From NCBI GenBank assembly GCA_963675295.2, contig CAXXKJ010000002.1, forward strand, positions 4,064,001 to 4,128,000: 64,000 nt of DNA, in the 5' to 3' direction. Source of the stretch: a bacterium (GTDB taxonomy: Bacteria > Electryoneota > Electryoneia > Electryoneales > Electryoneaceae). Shown here in pieces: positions 10,745 to 19,014 of this stretch. The translations under genes were made by a program, and so were the position numbers. The number at the start of each line of letters is the position of its first letter. The first letter of the stretch is position 1. The notes beneath the pieces were generated by a model. The model searched no databases. It saw only the letters and a program-made list of their open reading frames with translations, and had not been told where the DNA came from.

Positions 10745-10800
10745 ACGTCTTTTTTGTAATGTTACAGAATTCTCATTGTGTCCCAAAAGATTACAAAACT

Positions 10801-10817
10801 TAGGCACGCGTCTTGCG
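10801..10817 (+). promoter_or_regulatory. Candidate sigma54 (-24/-12) promoter
   Basis: TAGGCACGCGTCTTGCG versus consensus TGGCACG-N4-TTGC; GG-N10-GC spacing is exact. Confidence 0.55.
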
Positions 10818-10827
10818 TACGTAAACA

Positions 10828-10933
10828 ACGTCTCCTGACGCGACTTTGAGTCTCGTCTGGAAATTGGCCCTAGTGGCCTGCCTTATGAGACACCTCGGGT
10901 GTACCCCTTGCGCCTGAGGTGTCTCTTCTATTT
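10828..10933 (+). ncRNA. Candidate ~105-nt small RNA
   Basis: Lies downstream of the sigma54-like promoter. Contains a 5' hairpin and a 17-bp 3' hairpin with three G-U pairs valid only on the + strand, a CCCCU loop and a U-rich tail. No credible ORF. Confidence 0.4.
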
Positions 10934-10969
10934 GGTGCAAACTGCAGTTATTTCCCTGTGTTCCGCAGA

Positions 10970-11725
10970 TTATACCGGCTGCGGTGGCACAAAATGGATC
11001 ACCCGTGCACCGAACGCCCGGTACTTGGCGATCACCTTGTCGTTCATGCTGCCTTCCACCGATGTAAAGCTCTCACCGTAGAATTCGTCCACAAATCCGA
11101 CATGCGTATACCGCGGATTCGACTCAGCATCGAAATCTGCTGCACCCTCAAGAAACAGGCTGCCTGGTGGGATGGACGCGCCCTCGAGATCCGTGACCAG
11201 CAGTTCGACCTCCTGCGCCCACTCCGCGATTTCGCTGCACTCCAGCGTGAACGGGAAGGACACGAAACGATCTCCCTTGGGGAGTTTCGAGAACGAATTG
11301 TGTGCCTGGGCGATGCAGAAGTAGATGAATCCGGCGGGCCAGTAGTGTTCCGGTCCTTCGTAGCCCTGGTTGTAGAGCCGCACCCACGGTCCACGCGGCC
11401 CCGGCAGTGCGGTCGCTCCAGCGCGCAGGTGTTTCTTCGCGTACGCCAGTCCTGTCACCGCGATGGAATCCTTTCCCGGAATTTCCTTCAGGGCGTGCTC
11501 GAGCGGTTTGAGCAGCATCCGCCAGATTCTTTCTTCCAGCACGTCCTTGCCGGTCATGGCGTGCAGCGCACTGCGTGTTGCCTGGGCGAACTTGCCGTCC
11601 ACGGTCAGTTGGAATCCGAGCAGATTCATCATTTCCTGAAACAGCTCGACCCCCTCACCTGTCATGCCCATGCACAACGGTCCCGGGTAGTCAGGCAGTT
11701 CGCCGAACGGGATACCTCTGCTCAT
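10970..11725 (-). CDS. Peptidoglycan-binding plus CHAP-like domain protein, catalytic Cys apparently absent
   Basis: G..V...Q..L.L.G....VDG.F...T..AL PG-binding motif; GPWVRLY...W(P)AGF...THVGFV...SVEG CHAP-like pattern. Confidence 0.7.
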   Translation of the reverse strand: MSRGIPFGELPDYPGPLCMGMTGEGVELFQEMMNLLGFQLTVDGKFAQATRSALHAMTGKDVLEERIWRMLLKPLEHALKEIPGKDSIAVTGLAYAKKHLRAGATALPGPRGPWVRLYNQGYEGPEHYWPAGFIYFCIAQAHNSFSKLPKGDRFVSFPFTLECSEIAEWAQEVELLVTDLEGASIPPGSLFLEGAADFDAESNPRYTHVGFVDEFYGESFTSVEGSMNDKVIAKYRAFGARVIHFVPPQPV

Positions 11726-12196
11726 TCCGCCTCCGCAATGCTGTATGAATGGCTTGGTGGTTTGACAGGTGTGGGCAGGCGACAGGCATGCAGTACGCTC
11801 CGCGCCTTGCTTTCAGGCAAGAATATACGGTTGGGGTGTTTGAAAATGCGTAATCACAGCGATCCTGATATAGCGGTTTGGAGTGCCAGATTCGACTCAA
11901 TCCAGCGATGATTCCAGAATCAAATCACAAACAAGTCTTCGTGTTTTCGATAGTTGATCAGTACCGTTCTGATACAATCACAATACTTTATAAGTTTGTA
12001 ACGCATTAACATGTCTGAAGATGATCCATGTTGAACCTTTCACGCTTAAACAACTAAAGTTTGGCGTGGTTAACTTCTTATCTTTTTGATAATTTGGTTT
12101 AGAACGCTTATATTGCAATCGGATCTCAGGGGGAGACCCATTGCCTTCCACAACACGATTTTTAGACGCACCTCAAGTTTATCCGGGAGACCTCAC

Positions 12197-13555
12197 ATGA
12201 ACTGCAGGGCCTGCCTTTCGCTTGTGCTGTTTCTGCTGATCCTGCCTGGCATGGCTGTGTATGCCGCGTCCGGCGGTGATCTGAAGGGGATGCATGACTA
12301 TGAGGAGTTCGAGAAGCCGCAAGCCTGCCGGCAGTGTCACCAGGACATTTTCCGGCAGTGGGAGCAGTCGATGATGTCGCAGGCGTATACGCATCACTGG
12401 GACGAGGTTGAATACTTCGAGCTCGCGGTTGCGCATACGGAAAACGATCCGAACGTGCCGGCCGAAGTGCACGAAGGCTGCAACGGCTGCCATGCTCCGC
12501 TAGCGTTCATGGCCGGCGATGTTCCGCCGCCGCGTCCGGGCCAAAGCCGCGCGGACGAATCGGTGAGCTGCGATGTCTGCCACACGATCACCGGCAAAGC
12601 GGAAGGGACACCGTTCAATTTCAGCTGGACGATTGAGCCGGGCAAGGACAAGCGCGGCCAGCGTTCGCCGGATACGGTCACCCAGTCCCCGCATCATAAC
12701 ATGGTGCAGAGCGATTTCCACCGTACCACGGAATTCTGCGGCACCTGCCACAACGAGCAGAGCCCCTATGGGGTGATGGTCAAGGCAACGCAGATCGAGC
12801 TACTGGAAGGTCCGTATGGTGCGGAAGGACGTCGCTGCCAGGATTGCCACATGACTTGGAGTGAAGGCTACTCCGCACGTATCGGCAGCAAGCATGATGA
12901 CGTCGCGCAGCACCTGTTCCATGGTGGTCACGATCCGGGCAAGGTGAACGGTGTCGTCGAGCTGCGGATTCACCCGGACATCCGTGAAGTGGTGATCGGC
13001 GAACCGGTGCAGTTCACCCTCGCCCTGTTCAACCAGAAGACCGGCCACAAATTCCCGACCGGATCAGTAGAAGACCGTCTGCTGTGGGTTGAGGTGGAAG
13101 CGGTGGACGCGGACGGAAATGTCTACCACCTCCCCGTCGACAAGAAGGGTTTTGAGGGCGAAGAGTACACCATCGCCAGTGATGAACTGGCGTATACCGA
13201 CATGTCGGTTCCGTTGAACGATCCGGGCTTCAAGGGCGTGCGCCGTGACGGTCATGTCCCGGTTGGCGACCGGATTTTCCGCATGCCGTACCTCAACCCG
13301 GACGGTGAGATCACGATCATGCAGTGGCACACGGCTTCGTTCGGCGTGGACTACCGCATGGGTCCGCGTGAGACCAAGCTGGAGACGTACACGTTTGAGG
13401 TTCCGTTCGAAGCGGCGCCGGGTGAGATGACGGTCACCGCGACGATGTACTACGCGTTGCTGGTGCCGACGGTCGCCGATCTGCTCGGTGCGCCGGAAGA
13501 AGGCGAGCCGATGCTGGTGAACACGCACAGCACGACGGTGACGGTACTCGATTGA
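12197..13555 (+). CDS. Periplasmic pentaheme cytochrome c (c554/c552-like) with C-terminal beta domain
   Basis: Signal peptide after GGAGA RBS; five CxxCH motifs (CRQCH, CNGCH, CDVCH, CGTCH, CQDCH); GHKFPTG motif. Confidence 0.9.
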   Translation: MNCRACLSLVLFLLILPGMAVYAASGGDLKGMHDYEEFEKPQACRQCHQDIFRQWEQSMMSQAYTHHWDEVEYFELAVAHTENDPNVPAEVHEGCNGCHAPLAFMAGDVPPPRPGQSRADESVSCDVCHTITGKAEGTPFNFSWTIEPGKDKRGQRSPDTVTQSPHHNMVQSDFHRTTEFCGTCHNEQSPYGVMVKATQIELLEGPYGAEGRRCQDCHMTWSEGYSARIGSKHDDVAQHLFHGGHDPGKVNGVVELRIHPDIREVVIGEPVQFTLALFNQKTGHKFPTGSVEDRLLWVEVEAVDADGNVYHLPVDKKGFEGEEYTIASDELAYTDMSVPLNDPGFKGVRRDGHVPVGDRIFRMPYLNPDGEITIMQWHTASFGVDYRMGPRETKLETYTFEVPFEAAPGEMTVTATMYYALLVPTVADLLGAPEEGEPMLVNTHSTTVTVLD

Positions 13556-13699
13556 GTGCAGGGTGATTGACGGTGGACGTTTTTGTCTGCGGACAATCCC
13601 GGCCAGCGTTTCTGCGGTCGGGGCAAACCGCAGATTGACCCGATCAGCTTTGTTGCGGTCGGGACAGACAGCAAGCTAGGTGATGATCACGGATGTGTG

Positions 13700-13800
13700 T
13701 TTGTCGTCTTTTGCGTCTTTTGCATCCGTTGCGTCTTTTGCTGTCTTTTACTGTCTTTTACTGTCTCTTACTGTCTGTTGCTTTCTGTTGCTTTCTTTTA
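13700..13800. repeat. Degenerate 9-mer then 10-mer tandem repeats
   Basis: TTTGCGTCT-like units followed by CTGTCTTTTA-like units. Confidence 0.75.
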
Positions 13801-13829
13801 CGTTCAGTTTCGATAGAGGGGGAGTATCG

Positions 13830-15050
13830 ATGAAGAAGACATTGCTGGTGGTGTTGCTGGCCGTATTTGCGTTCGTGATGTTCGCAGAGAGTGCGTCGGC
13901 GATTCCGGCGTTCGCACGCAAGTACCGCATGAGTTGTTCGACGTGTCACTACCCGTTCCCGCGGCTGAAGGCGTACGGTGACGATTTCGCGGCCAACGGC
14001 TTCGTGCTCGAGGATCAGGAATCCCCACGGTACTATGTCGATACGGGTGATGAAGACCTGAGCCTTGTACGTGAACTGCCGATTGCGATGCGGATCGACA
14101 CGTGGATGTTCTATGAAGAGGCATCCGAAGCAGTGGACTTCAAGATGCCGTGGACCTTCAAACTGCTGAGCGGCGGCTCGTTGTCCGATCACGTTTCGTA
14201 CTACTTCTACTTCTACTTCGATGAACGCGGCGAAGTGGCTGGTCTTGACGATGCTTTTGTCATTTTCAACAACATCCTGACGGACCAGGATCTTGATGTC
14301 TACGTCGGCCAGTTCTCGATTTCGGACCCGATGATGAAGGCGGAATTGCGGTTGACGTTCGAGAACTACATGGCGTACCGCATGATGCCGGGCTCGTCGA
14401 ACATGCGCACCTCGTATGATCGCGGTCTGATGGTGACCTACGGCGCGCCGTGGGGCAGCACCGGGCTGACAGGTATGATTGTGAACGGGAACGGACTGGC
14501 GGACTTCGACAACGGTTTCGCCGACAACGACGACAAGAAAGTGTTCGCCGCGCACCTGTCACAGGACGTTGGCGACATGCTGAACCTCGGCGGGTTTGTG
14601 ATGATGGGGACGGAAACGCTGCAGGACAACACCATCCCGATCGCGAACATGACCGACAACGAGGTTTCCGTTTTCGGCGTCAACGGTACGTTTGAGATGG
14701 GCCCGCTGCAGGTAAACGGGCAGTACCTGATGCGTACCGACAGCAACCCGTACATCCTCGCCACTGAGCGTGAAGTGACGATGAACGGGATCATCGCCGA
14801 GGCGATTTACTGGCCCAACGGCGATGACAGCAAGTATTTTCTCGCGGCGCTGTACAACAACGTCACGTTCGACGCCGAGGACAGCGCGCCGGCGGCCTTT
14901 TCGACCATGCTCGAGGATATGACCTACCAGACGGTGACCGGTCACATCGGCCACATGGCACGGCGGAATGTGCGCATCGGGCTGGAAGGCACGTACGACA
15001 TGGAGCTGGAACAGTTCAAGGCGGGGATTGGCGTCGTGATGGCGTGGTAG
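13830..15050 (+). CDS. Cyc2-like fused monoheme cytochrome-porin (outer-membrane beta-barrel)
   Basis: Signal peptide, then AIPAFARKY-RMS-CSTCH-YPF-PRL; amphipathic beta-strands; C-terminal aromatic residue (GIGVVMAW). Confidence 0.8.
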   Translation: MKKTLLVVLLAVFAFVMFAESASAIPAFARKYRMSCSTCHYPFPRLKAYGDDFAANGFVLEDQESPRYYVDTGDEDLSLVRELPIAMRIDTWMFYEEASEAVDFKMPWTFKLLSGGSLSDHVSYYFYFYFDERGEVAGLDDAFVIFNNILTDQDLDVYVGQFSISDPMMKAELRLTFENYMAYRMMPGSSNMRTSYDRGLMVTYGAPWGSTGLTGMIVNGNGLADFDNGFADNDDKKVFAAHLSQDVGDMLNLGGFVMMGTETLQDNTIPIANMTDNEVSVFGVNGTFEMGPLQVNGQYLMRTDSNPYILATEREVTMNGIIAEAIYWPNGDDSKYFLAALYNNVTFDAEDSAPAAFSTMLEDMTYQTVTGHIGHMARRNVRIGLEGTYDMELEQFKAGIGVVMAW

Positions 15051-15051
15051 G

Positions 15052-15132
15052 TTTCAGTCTTGAGTCTTGAGTCCTGAGTCCTGAGACTTGAGACTTGAGA
15101 TGTGAGATCTGAGACTCGAGTTTCGAGTCCTG
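15052..15132. repeat. Heptamer tandem repeat tract
   Basis: GAGTCTT/GAGTCCT/GAGACTT units, about 11 degenerate copies. Confidence 0.85.
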
Positions 15133-15143
15133 GGATGTGATAA

Positions 15144-15183
15144 AAGACCGGGGACACCTACTCCGTTAAGTGTCCCCGGTCTT
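15144..15183. repeat. GGGGACAC-N12-GTGTCCCC palindromic element (REP-like)
   Basis: AAGACCGGGGACAC-ctactccgttaa-GTGTCCCCGGTCTT, 14-bp stem. Confidence 0.8.
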
Positions 15184-15270
15184 GTTCGATACTCTTGCCT
15201 GTGTTGGCCCGGACAACGCGGCACTTCTAAGCGTGGCCAAAACCGCCACGTACACTCCGAAGCCCGCAGC

Positions 15271-15759
15271 CTACGGGATAACCACATCCTTCGTCTTTGA
15301 TTGCGGGAGTTTGCGCAGGCAGATGGAGAAACCGTCATCCTGGAGGTCACGGATGATCTCGCAGTCATCGTCGGAGAGGCTGACCGATTCGGCGATCTGC
15401 GTTTTGTTCTCGCCCTGTCCGAGGTTGGCGAGGTGGATTTCGCCGGGTACCGCGCCGCCGTTGATCAGGCGTTTCAGGTCGGAGCAACTGCCGACGATCA
15501 GCAGGCATTTATCCGCCTGGCAGCCGCATCCCTTGTAGCGGTCAACGGCTTCGTCGATGGAGAGAATGCCCCCCTGCACACCAGCCATCTGTTCTTCGTA
15601 GAGTGACCGTTCGTCCGGATTTTTGGCGACAGTATCATGCGCGAGCCAGACTTCGTTGGCCCACCCTTTCGCCCAGCCGTAGAGGATCTGCCCATGGAAC
15701 AGCCGGTCGTCCACTCGCACGACGAGACCGTTCAGATCTTCTGCTGGTTGCGCGCCCAT
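15271..15759 (-). CDS. PTS mannose/sorbose-family EIIB component
   Basis: RVDDRLFHGQ phospho-His motif. Confidence 0.88.
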   Translation of the reverse strand: MGAQPAEDLNGLVVRVDDRLFHGQILYGWAKGWANEVWLAHDTVAKNPDERSLYEEQMAGVQGGILSIDEAVDRYKGCGCQADKCLLIVGSCSDLKRLINGGAVPGEIHLANLGQGENKTQIAESVSLSDDDCEIIRDLQDDGFSICLRKLPQSKTKDVVIP

Positions 15760-16124
15760 TTGACCTCCACGCAGCGACGGCCATCACGGACCATCTTTTC
15801 CGCGAGTTCCTCGAACTCGACGTTTTCCCTGTGCATGACGAACGAGATCAACATGCCGATGTTGACCCCGGTGATGACGGCTTGCCGTTCGCCGATGGCG
15901 GCGGACGAGCGGATGGTGGGGGAGGTTCCGGGTGTGTCGGTGAAGATGATGTACGGGTCGTCCCCGATCAGGCGGCGGACGCTTTCGGTAATTGCGCCGG
16001 CGGATAGGCCGAGTGTACTCATGGCGATGAACCGATCCTGGCGTCCCACGAGGTGTTCGACCTCCTGGACGAGGATTTCCCCCAGTTTGCCATGGGTGAC
16101 GACCAGTGCGCCGGTGACCATCAC
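15732..16124 (-). CDS. PTS mannose/fructose-family EIIA component
   Basis: LVVTHG, IIFTD..GTSP, ITGVNIGML motifs. Confidence 0.88.
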   Translation of the reverse strand: MMVTGALVVTHGKLGEILVQEVEHLVGRQDRFIAMSTLGLSAGAITESVRRLIGDDPYIIFTDTPGTSPTIRSSAAIGERQAVITGVNIGMLISFVMHRENVEFEELAEKMVRDGRRCVEVKWARNQQKI

Positions 16125-17131
16125 TCGAAATCCCTTATCAGATAGTTTTTAACTCTGCGGCGGTTCATCTCTTCGGTCATTCGCCGTTGCATCTCCTCGG
16201 CGGGGTTCATGCCGTACACTCGCAGGTGAATCTGCAACGCGATGACTTCCGCGATCATCGAGATATTTTTGCCCGGGAAGATGGGCAAACGCAAGAGCGG
16301 TACCTCGACCCCGAGGTAGTGCGTCGACTCGTAATCGAGCCCGATGCGTTCCCACTCGTAGGATTCATCCCACTCTTCGAGGTGCACCTCGACCTCGACA
16401 CGTTTCTGCACCCGGATCCCGCGCACGCCGAACATGCGCTTGACGTCAATCAGGCCGACGCCGCGTACTTCCATGATGTGGCGGCTGATTTCCGGCGCGG
16501 TGCCGATGAGCACGCCTTCCGCCTTCTTGTCGATACGAACACGGTCGTCGGCGACGAGCCGGTGGCCACGTTCGACGAGGTCGAGCGCGATTTCCGACTT
16601 GCCGATGCCGGAGCGTCCGGTGAACAGCATCCCGGTACCATAGACATCCACCAGCGATCCGTGCACGCTGATCGTCGGCGCGAACTGATCGTCCAGGTAG
16701 TCACTCAACAAGTGGTTGAGATCGGTGGTGGAGAGGTTTGTGCCCATCACGGGAACGTTGTGTTCGCTGGCCTGCACCAACAGCTCCACCGGCGGCTGGT
16801 TGCCGTTGGTGATGATCAGGCACGGCATGTCGAACTTCATCACCTTCTTGATGGAGCTCAGCCGCGCGTCATCGTCCAGCCCTCGCAAGTAGAAGATCTC
16901 GGTGTTGCCGAGGATCTGGATCCGTTCATACGAGAACAGTTCGATGTAGCCGGCCAGTGCCAGGCCCGGCCGGTGGACATGCTTGACGGCGATCTGCCGT
17001 TGCATGCCCTCCGACCCGGCCAGCAGGGTAAAGCCAAGGCGTTCCTCGTTATCCTCGAACAACTGCTTCACTTCGATGAAGTCGAGGACCCGTCCCGCCT
17101 TCGGATTTTCTTTATCGCTCGGTTCGTTCAT
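16121..17131 (-). CDS. hprK: HPr kinase/phosphorylase
   Basis: RPGLALAGY, HGSLVDVYG.G...GRSGIGKSE..L.LV.RGHRLVADD, EVRGVG. Confidence 0.97.
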   Translation of the reverse strand: MNEPSDKENPKAGRVLDFIEVKQLFEDNEERLGFTLLAGSEGMQRQIAVKHVHRPGLALAGYIELFSYERIQILGNTEIFYLRGLDDDARLSSIKKVMKFDMPCLIITNGNQPPVELLVQASEHNVPVMGTNLSTTDLNHLLSDYLDDQFAPTISVHGSLVDVYGTGMLFTGRSGIGKSEIALDLVERGHRLVADDRVRIDKKAEGVLIGTAPEISRHIMEVRGVGLIDVKRMFGVRGIRVQKRVEVEVHLEEWDESYEWERIGLDYESTHYLGVEVPLLRLPIFPGKNISMIAEVIALQIHLRVYGMNPAEEMQRRMTEEMNRRRVKNYLIRDFE

Positions 17132-17418
17132 CAGCTTTCGCGCAACTTTTCCTTGTGGCGTTTCAACTGCTCGACGAGTTTATCGACAGCGCTTTCGACG
17201 GAGGTTTCGAACTTGTCCGACGTCGCCGACGCGAACAGCGTCTCGCGCGGCAGTGCAAGTTTGATCCGGGCTTCCTTCTGATGGAGCTGGCCTTCCAGAA
17301 TCACATCCGCATCCATCAGCCGGTCATAATAACGCTCCAACCGCTCGAGCTCTTTCTCGATGTACTCCTTCAGCTGATCGCGGACGTTAATGCCGTCTCC
17401 CTGAATGATCACCTGCAT
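17131..17418 (-). CDS. hpf: Ribosome hibernation factor HPF/RaiA
   Basis: MQVIIQG...LKEYIEKEL.RL.RY...AVDKL..QLKRHKEK; located upstream of hprK. Confidence 0.9.
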   Translation of the reverse strand: MQVIIQGDGINVRDQLKEYIEKELERLERYYDRLMDADVILEGQLHQKEARIKLALPRETLFASATSDKFETSVESAVDKLVEQLKRHKEKLRES

Positions 17419-17444
17419 GTGTCCTCCTTGATGCAGCGGGTTGG

Positions 17445-18392
17445 TTATCTGTGACGGGTCCCGTCCTCACTCGCAGCCGCACGTGGATGGCGTGCGTAGA
17501 CCTGTTTCAGATGGTCGCGGGTGACGCGGGTGTAAACTTGTGTTGTGGACAGGCTCGAGTGTCCCAGCAGTTCCTTGATCGACATGAGGTCCGCCCCGTT
17601 CTCGAGCATGTGCGTCGCGAACGCATGCCGTAGCGCGTGCGGATGAGCCCCACGGCTCAAGCCGGCGGCAGCCAGACGTTTGTTGACGATCGAGTACGCT
17701 TCACGCTGGTTCAACCGTTTCCCCCGCTTGCCAAGAAACAGCGCCTGTCCGGACTGGTCGGTACGGTATTCATCGCGCACCGCCAGCCATTTCTCGAGGG
17801 CGTCTTTCTCTTTCACGCCGATCGGGACAGTTCGTTGCTTGCTCCCTTTGCCGGTGACTCGCAGCCAGCCCTGTTTCAGATCAACGGCGCGCAGGTTGAG
17901 GCCGACCGCTTCGCTGACACGCAAGCCGCTGCCATAAAGAACTTCCAGCAAGGCATCGTTACGTGTGCGCTCGGTCTCATCCTCGGTCGCGGAAACGGAG
18001 TCCGAGAGCGCGGTGCCGATGTCGGTGACGGTCGGAACATCTGGCAGTTTCTTGTCCACCCGGGGGCTGTCGATCGATTCGGCGGGGGAATCCGCGAGCA
18101 CTCCCTCCTCCACCAGCCAGCGGAAGAAGGTTTTCAACGAAGACAGGGTACGCGCCTTGGTTTTGCGCGCGACAGGTTGGGTGCGGTTGAAGGTATCGGT
18201 CTTGACCAGGGTGCCGAGGTAGCGGCGGACATGCCGCATGGTGATGAAATCGGGACGGACCTTACCACCGGCCTGGCGTTCAATGTGGTCGATGAATTTG
18301 CGGACGTCTGAACCGTATGCACGGATTGTGTGCGGAGATACATTCTCCACAGCACGGAGGTGGGACAGCCATTTGTCAAGGAGTACGTTCAC
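17445..18392 (-). CDS. xerC: Tyrosine recombinase XerC
   Basis: SPHTIRAY, YGSGLRVSE, GKGSKQR, HPHALRHAFATH, LLGH...TTQVY; downstream of topA. Confidence 0.88.
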   Translation of the reverse strand: MNVLLDKWLSHLRAVENVSPHTIRAYGSDVRKFIDHIERQAGGKVRPDFITMRHVRRYLGTLVKTDTFNRTQPVARKTKARTLSSLKTFFRWLVEEGVLADSPAESIDSPRVDKKLPDVPTVTDIGTALSDSVSATEDETERTRNDALLEVLYGSGLRVSEAVGLNLRAVDLKQGWLRVTGKGSKQRTVPIGVKEKDALEKWLAVRDEYRTDQSGQALFLGKRGKRLNQREAYSIVNKRLAAAGLSRGAHPHALRHAFATHMLENGADLMSIKELLGHSSLSTTQVYTRVTRDHLKQVYARHPRAAASEDGTRHR

Positions 18393-18438
18393 TGGCTTCC
18401 TGAAAAGGTGGCTACCCTGAAGGTAACACCGTGAACCC

Positions 18439-18696
18439 TCACCTTCCGAGGAACAGTCCGACGATAATTAAAAAAAGAGCAATGCTGCCAAGCACGACAA
18501 CTCCGACACCTCCCCATGGGACAATCATGGGGATCATCATCCAGATCAGCAGAAGTGCGGCTACCCTCATCAACAGCGGGTGACCGCTGACCACTTTTCC
18601 GTGGTAGGCACCGAAACTTAGTTTGCCGACCGGAAAACCACCATAGATCAGCATGATCGCGGCGGCTGGAATCGACAGCAGGTAGACTATCATCAT
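18439..18696 (-). CDS. Small hypothetical membrane protein (about 3 TM), paralog of 49001..49240
   Basis: Hydrophobic ~85-aa ORF (start approximate) sharing V.GHP.L.R.A and a terminal VGLFLG with the 49001..49240 ORF. Confidence 0.65.
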   Translation of the reverse strand: MMIVYLLSIPAAAIMLIYGGFPVGKLSFGAYHGKVVSGHPLLMRVAALLLIWMMIPMIVPWGGVGVVVLGSIALFLIIVGLFLGR

Positions 18697-18977
18697 GGCA
18701 TGGCCTTTGTGTGATCGTACCTGCAACATACGCAGGGACCTGACCATTCACCCCATGGAAATGCAATTTATTTCCTGTATTTCCGATCAGGTGCAGATGA
18801 AGGAAAGTTGCCGAATCAGCCTGCCTCGGCAGGGATGTGGGCATTAAGGACAACGAACCAGCAGGAGATCTGACGGGTGGTTTTGCCGACCGAGAAACAA
18901 ATCGATCACGATGCGAAGCAGCGCTACACTGCCTGGCATTGTGCTGCACTGCTTGTGCACGGCTACGGCTATTAATA

Positions 18978-19007
18978 CAAAAGGGGCGATGTGATTCGCC
19001 CCTTTTG
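18978..19007 (-). terminator. Bidirectional-type intrinsic terminator after topA
   Basis: CAAAAGGGGCGA-tgtgat-TCGCCCCTTTTG. Confidence 0.75.
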
Positions 19008-19014
19008 CTCGCAA

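Noticed and set aside
13620-13680. GGGCAAACC...GGGAC resembling a c-di-GMP-I/cGAMP riboswitch upstream of the cytochrome-porin
   Set aside because: No GNRA tetraloop in P2 and no GACGCAAAG junction; too weak without an Infernal scan.
17445-18392. Tyrosine recombinase as a phage or island integrase
   Set aside because: Size, motifs and topA/hpf context fit housekeeping XerC; no att sites, tRNA or mobile cargo.
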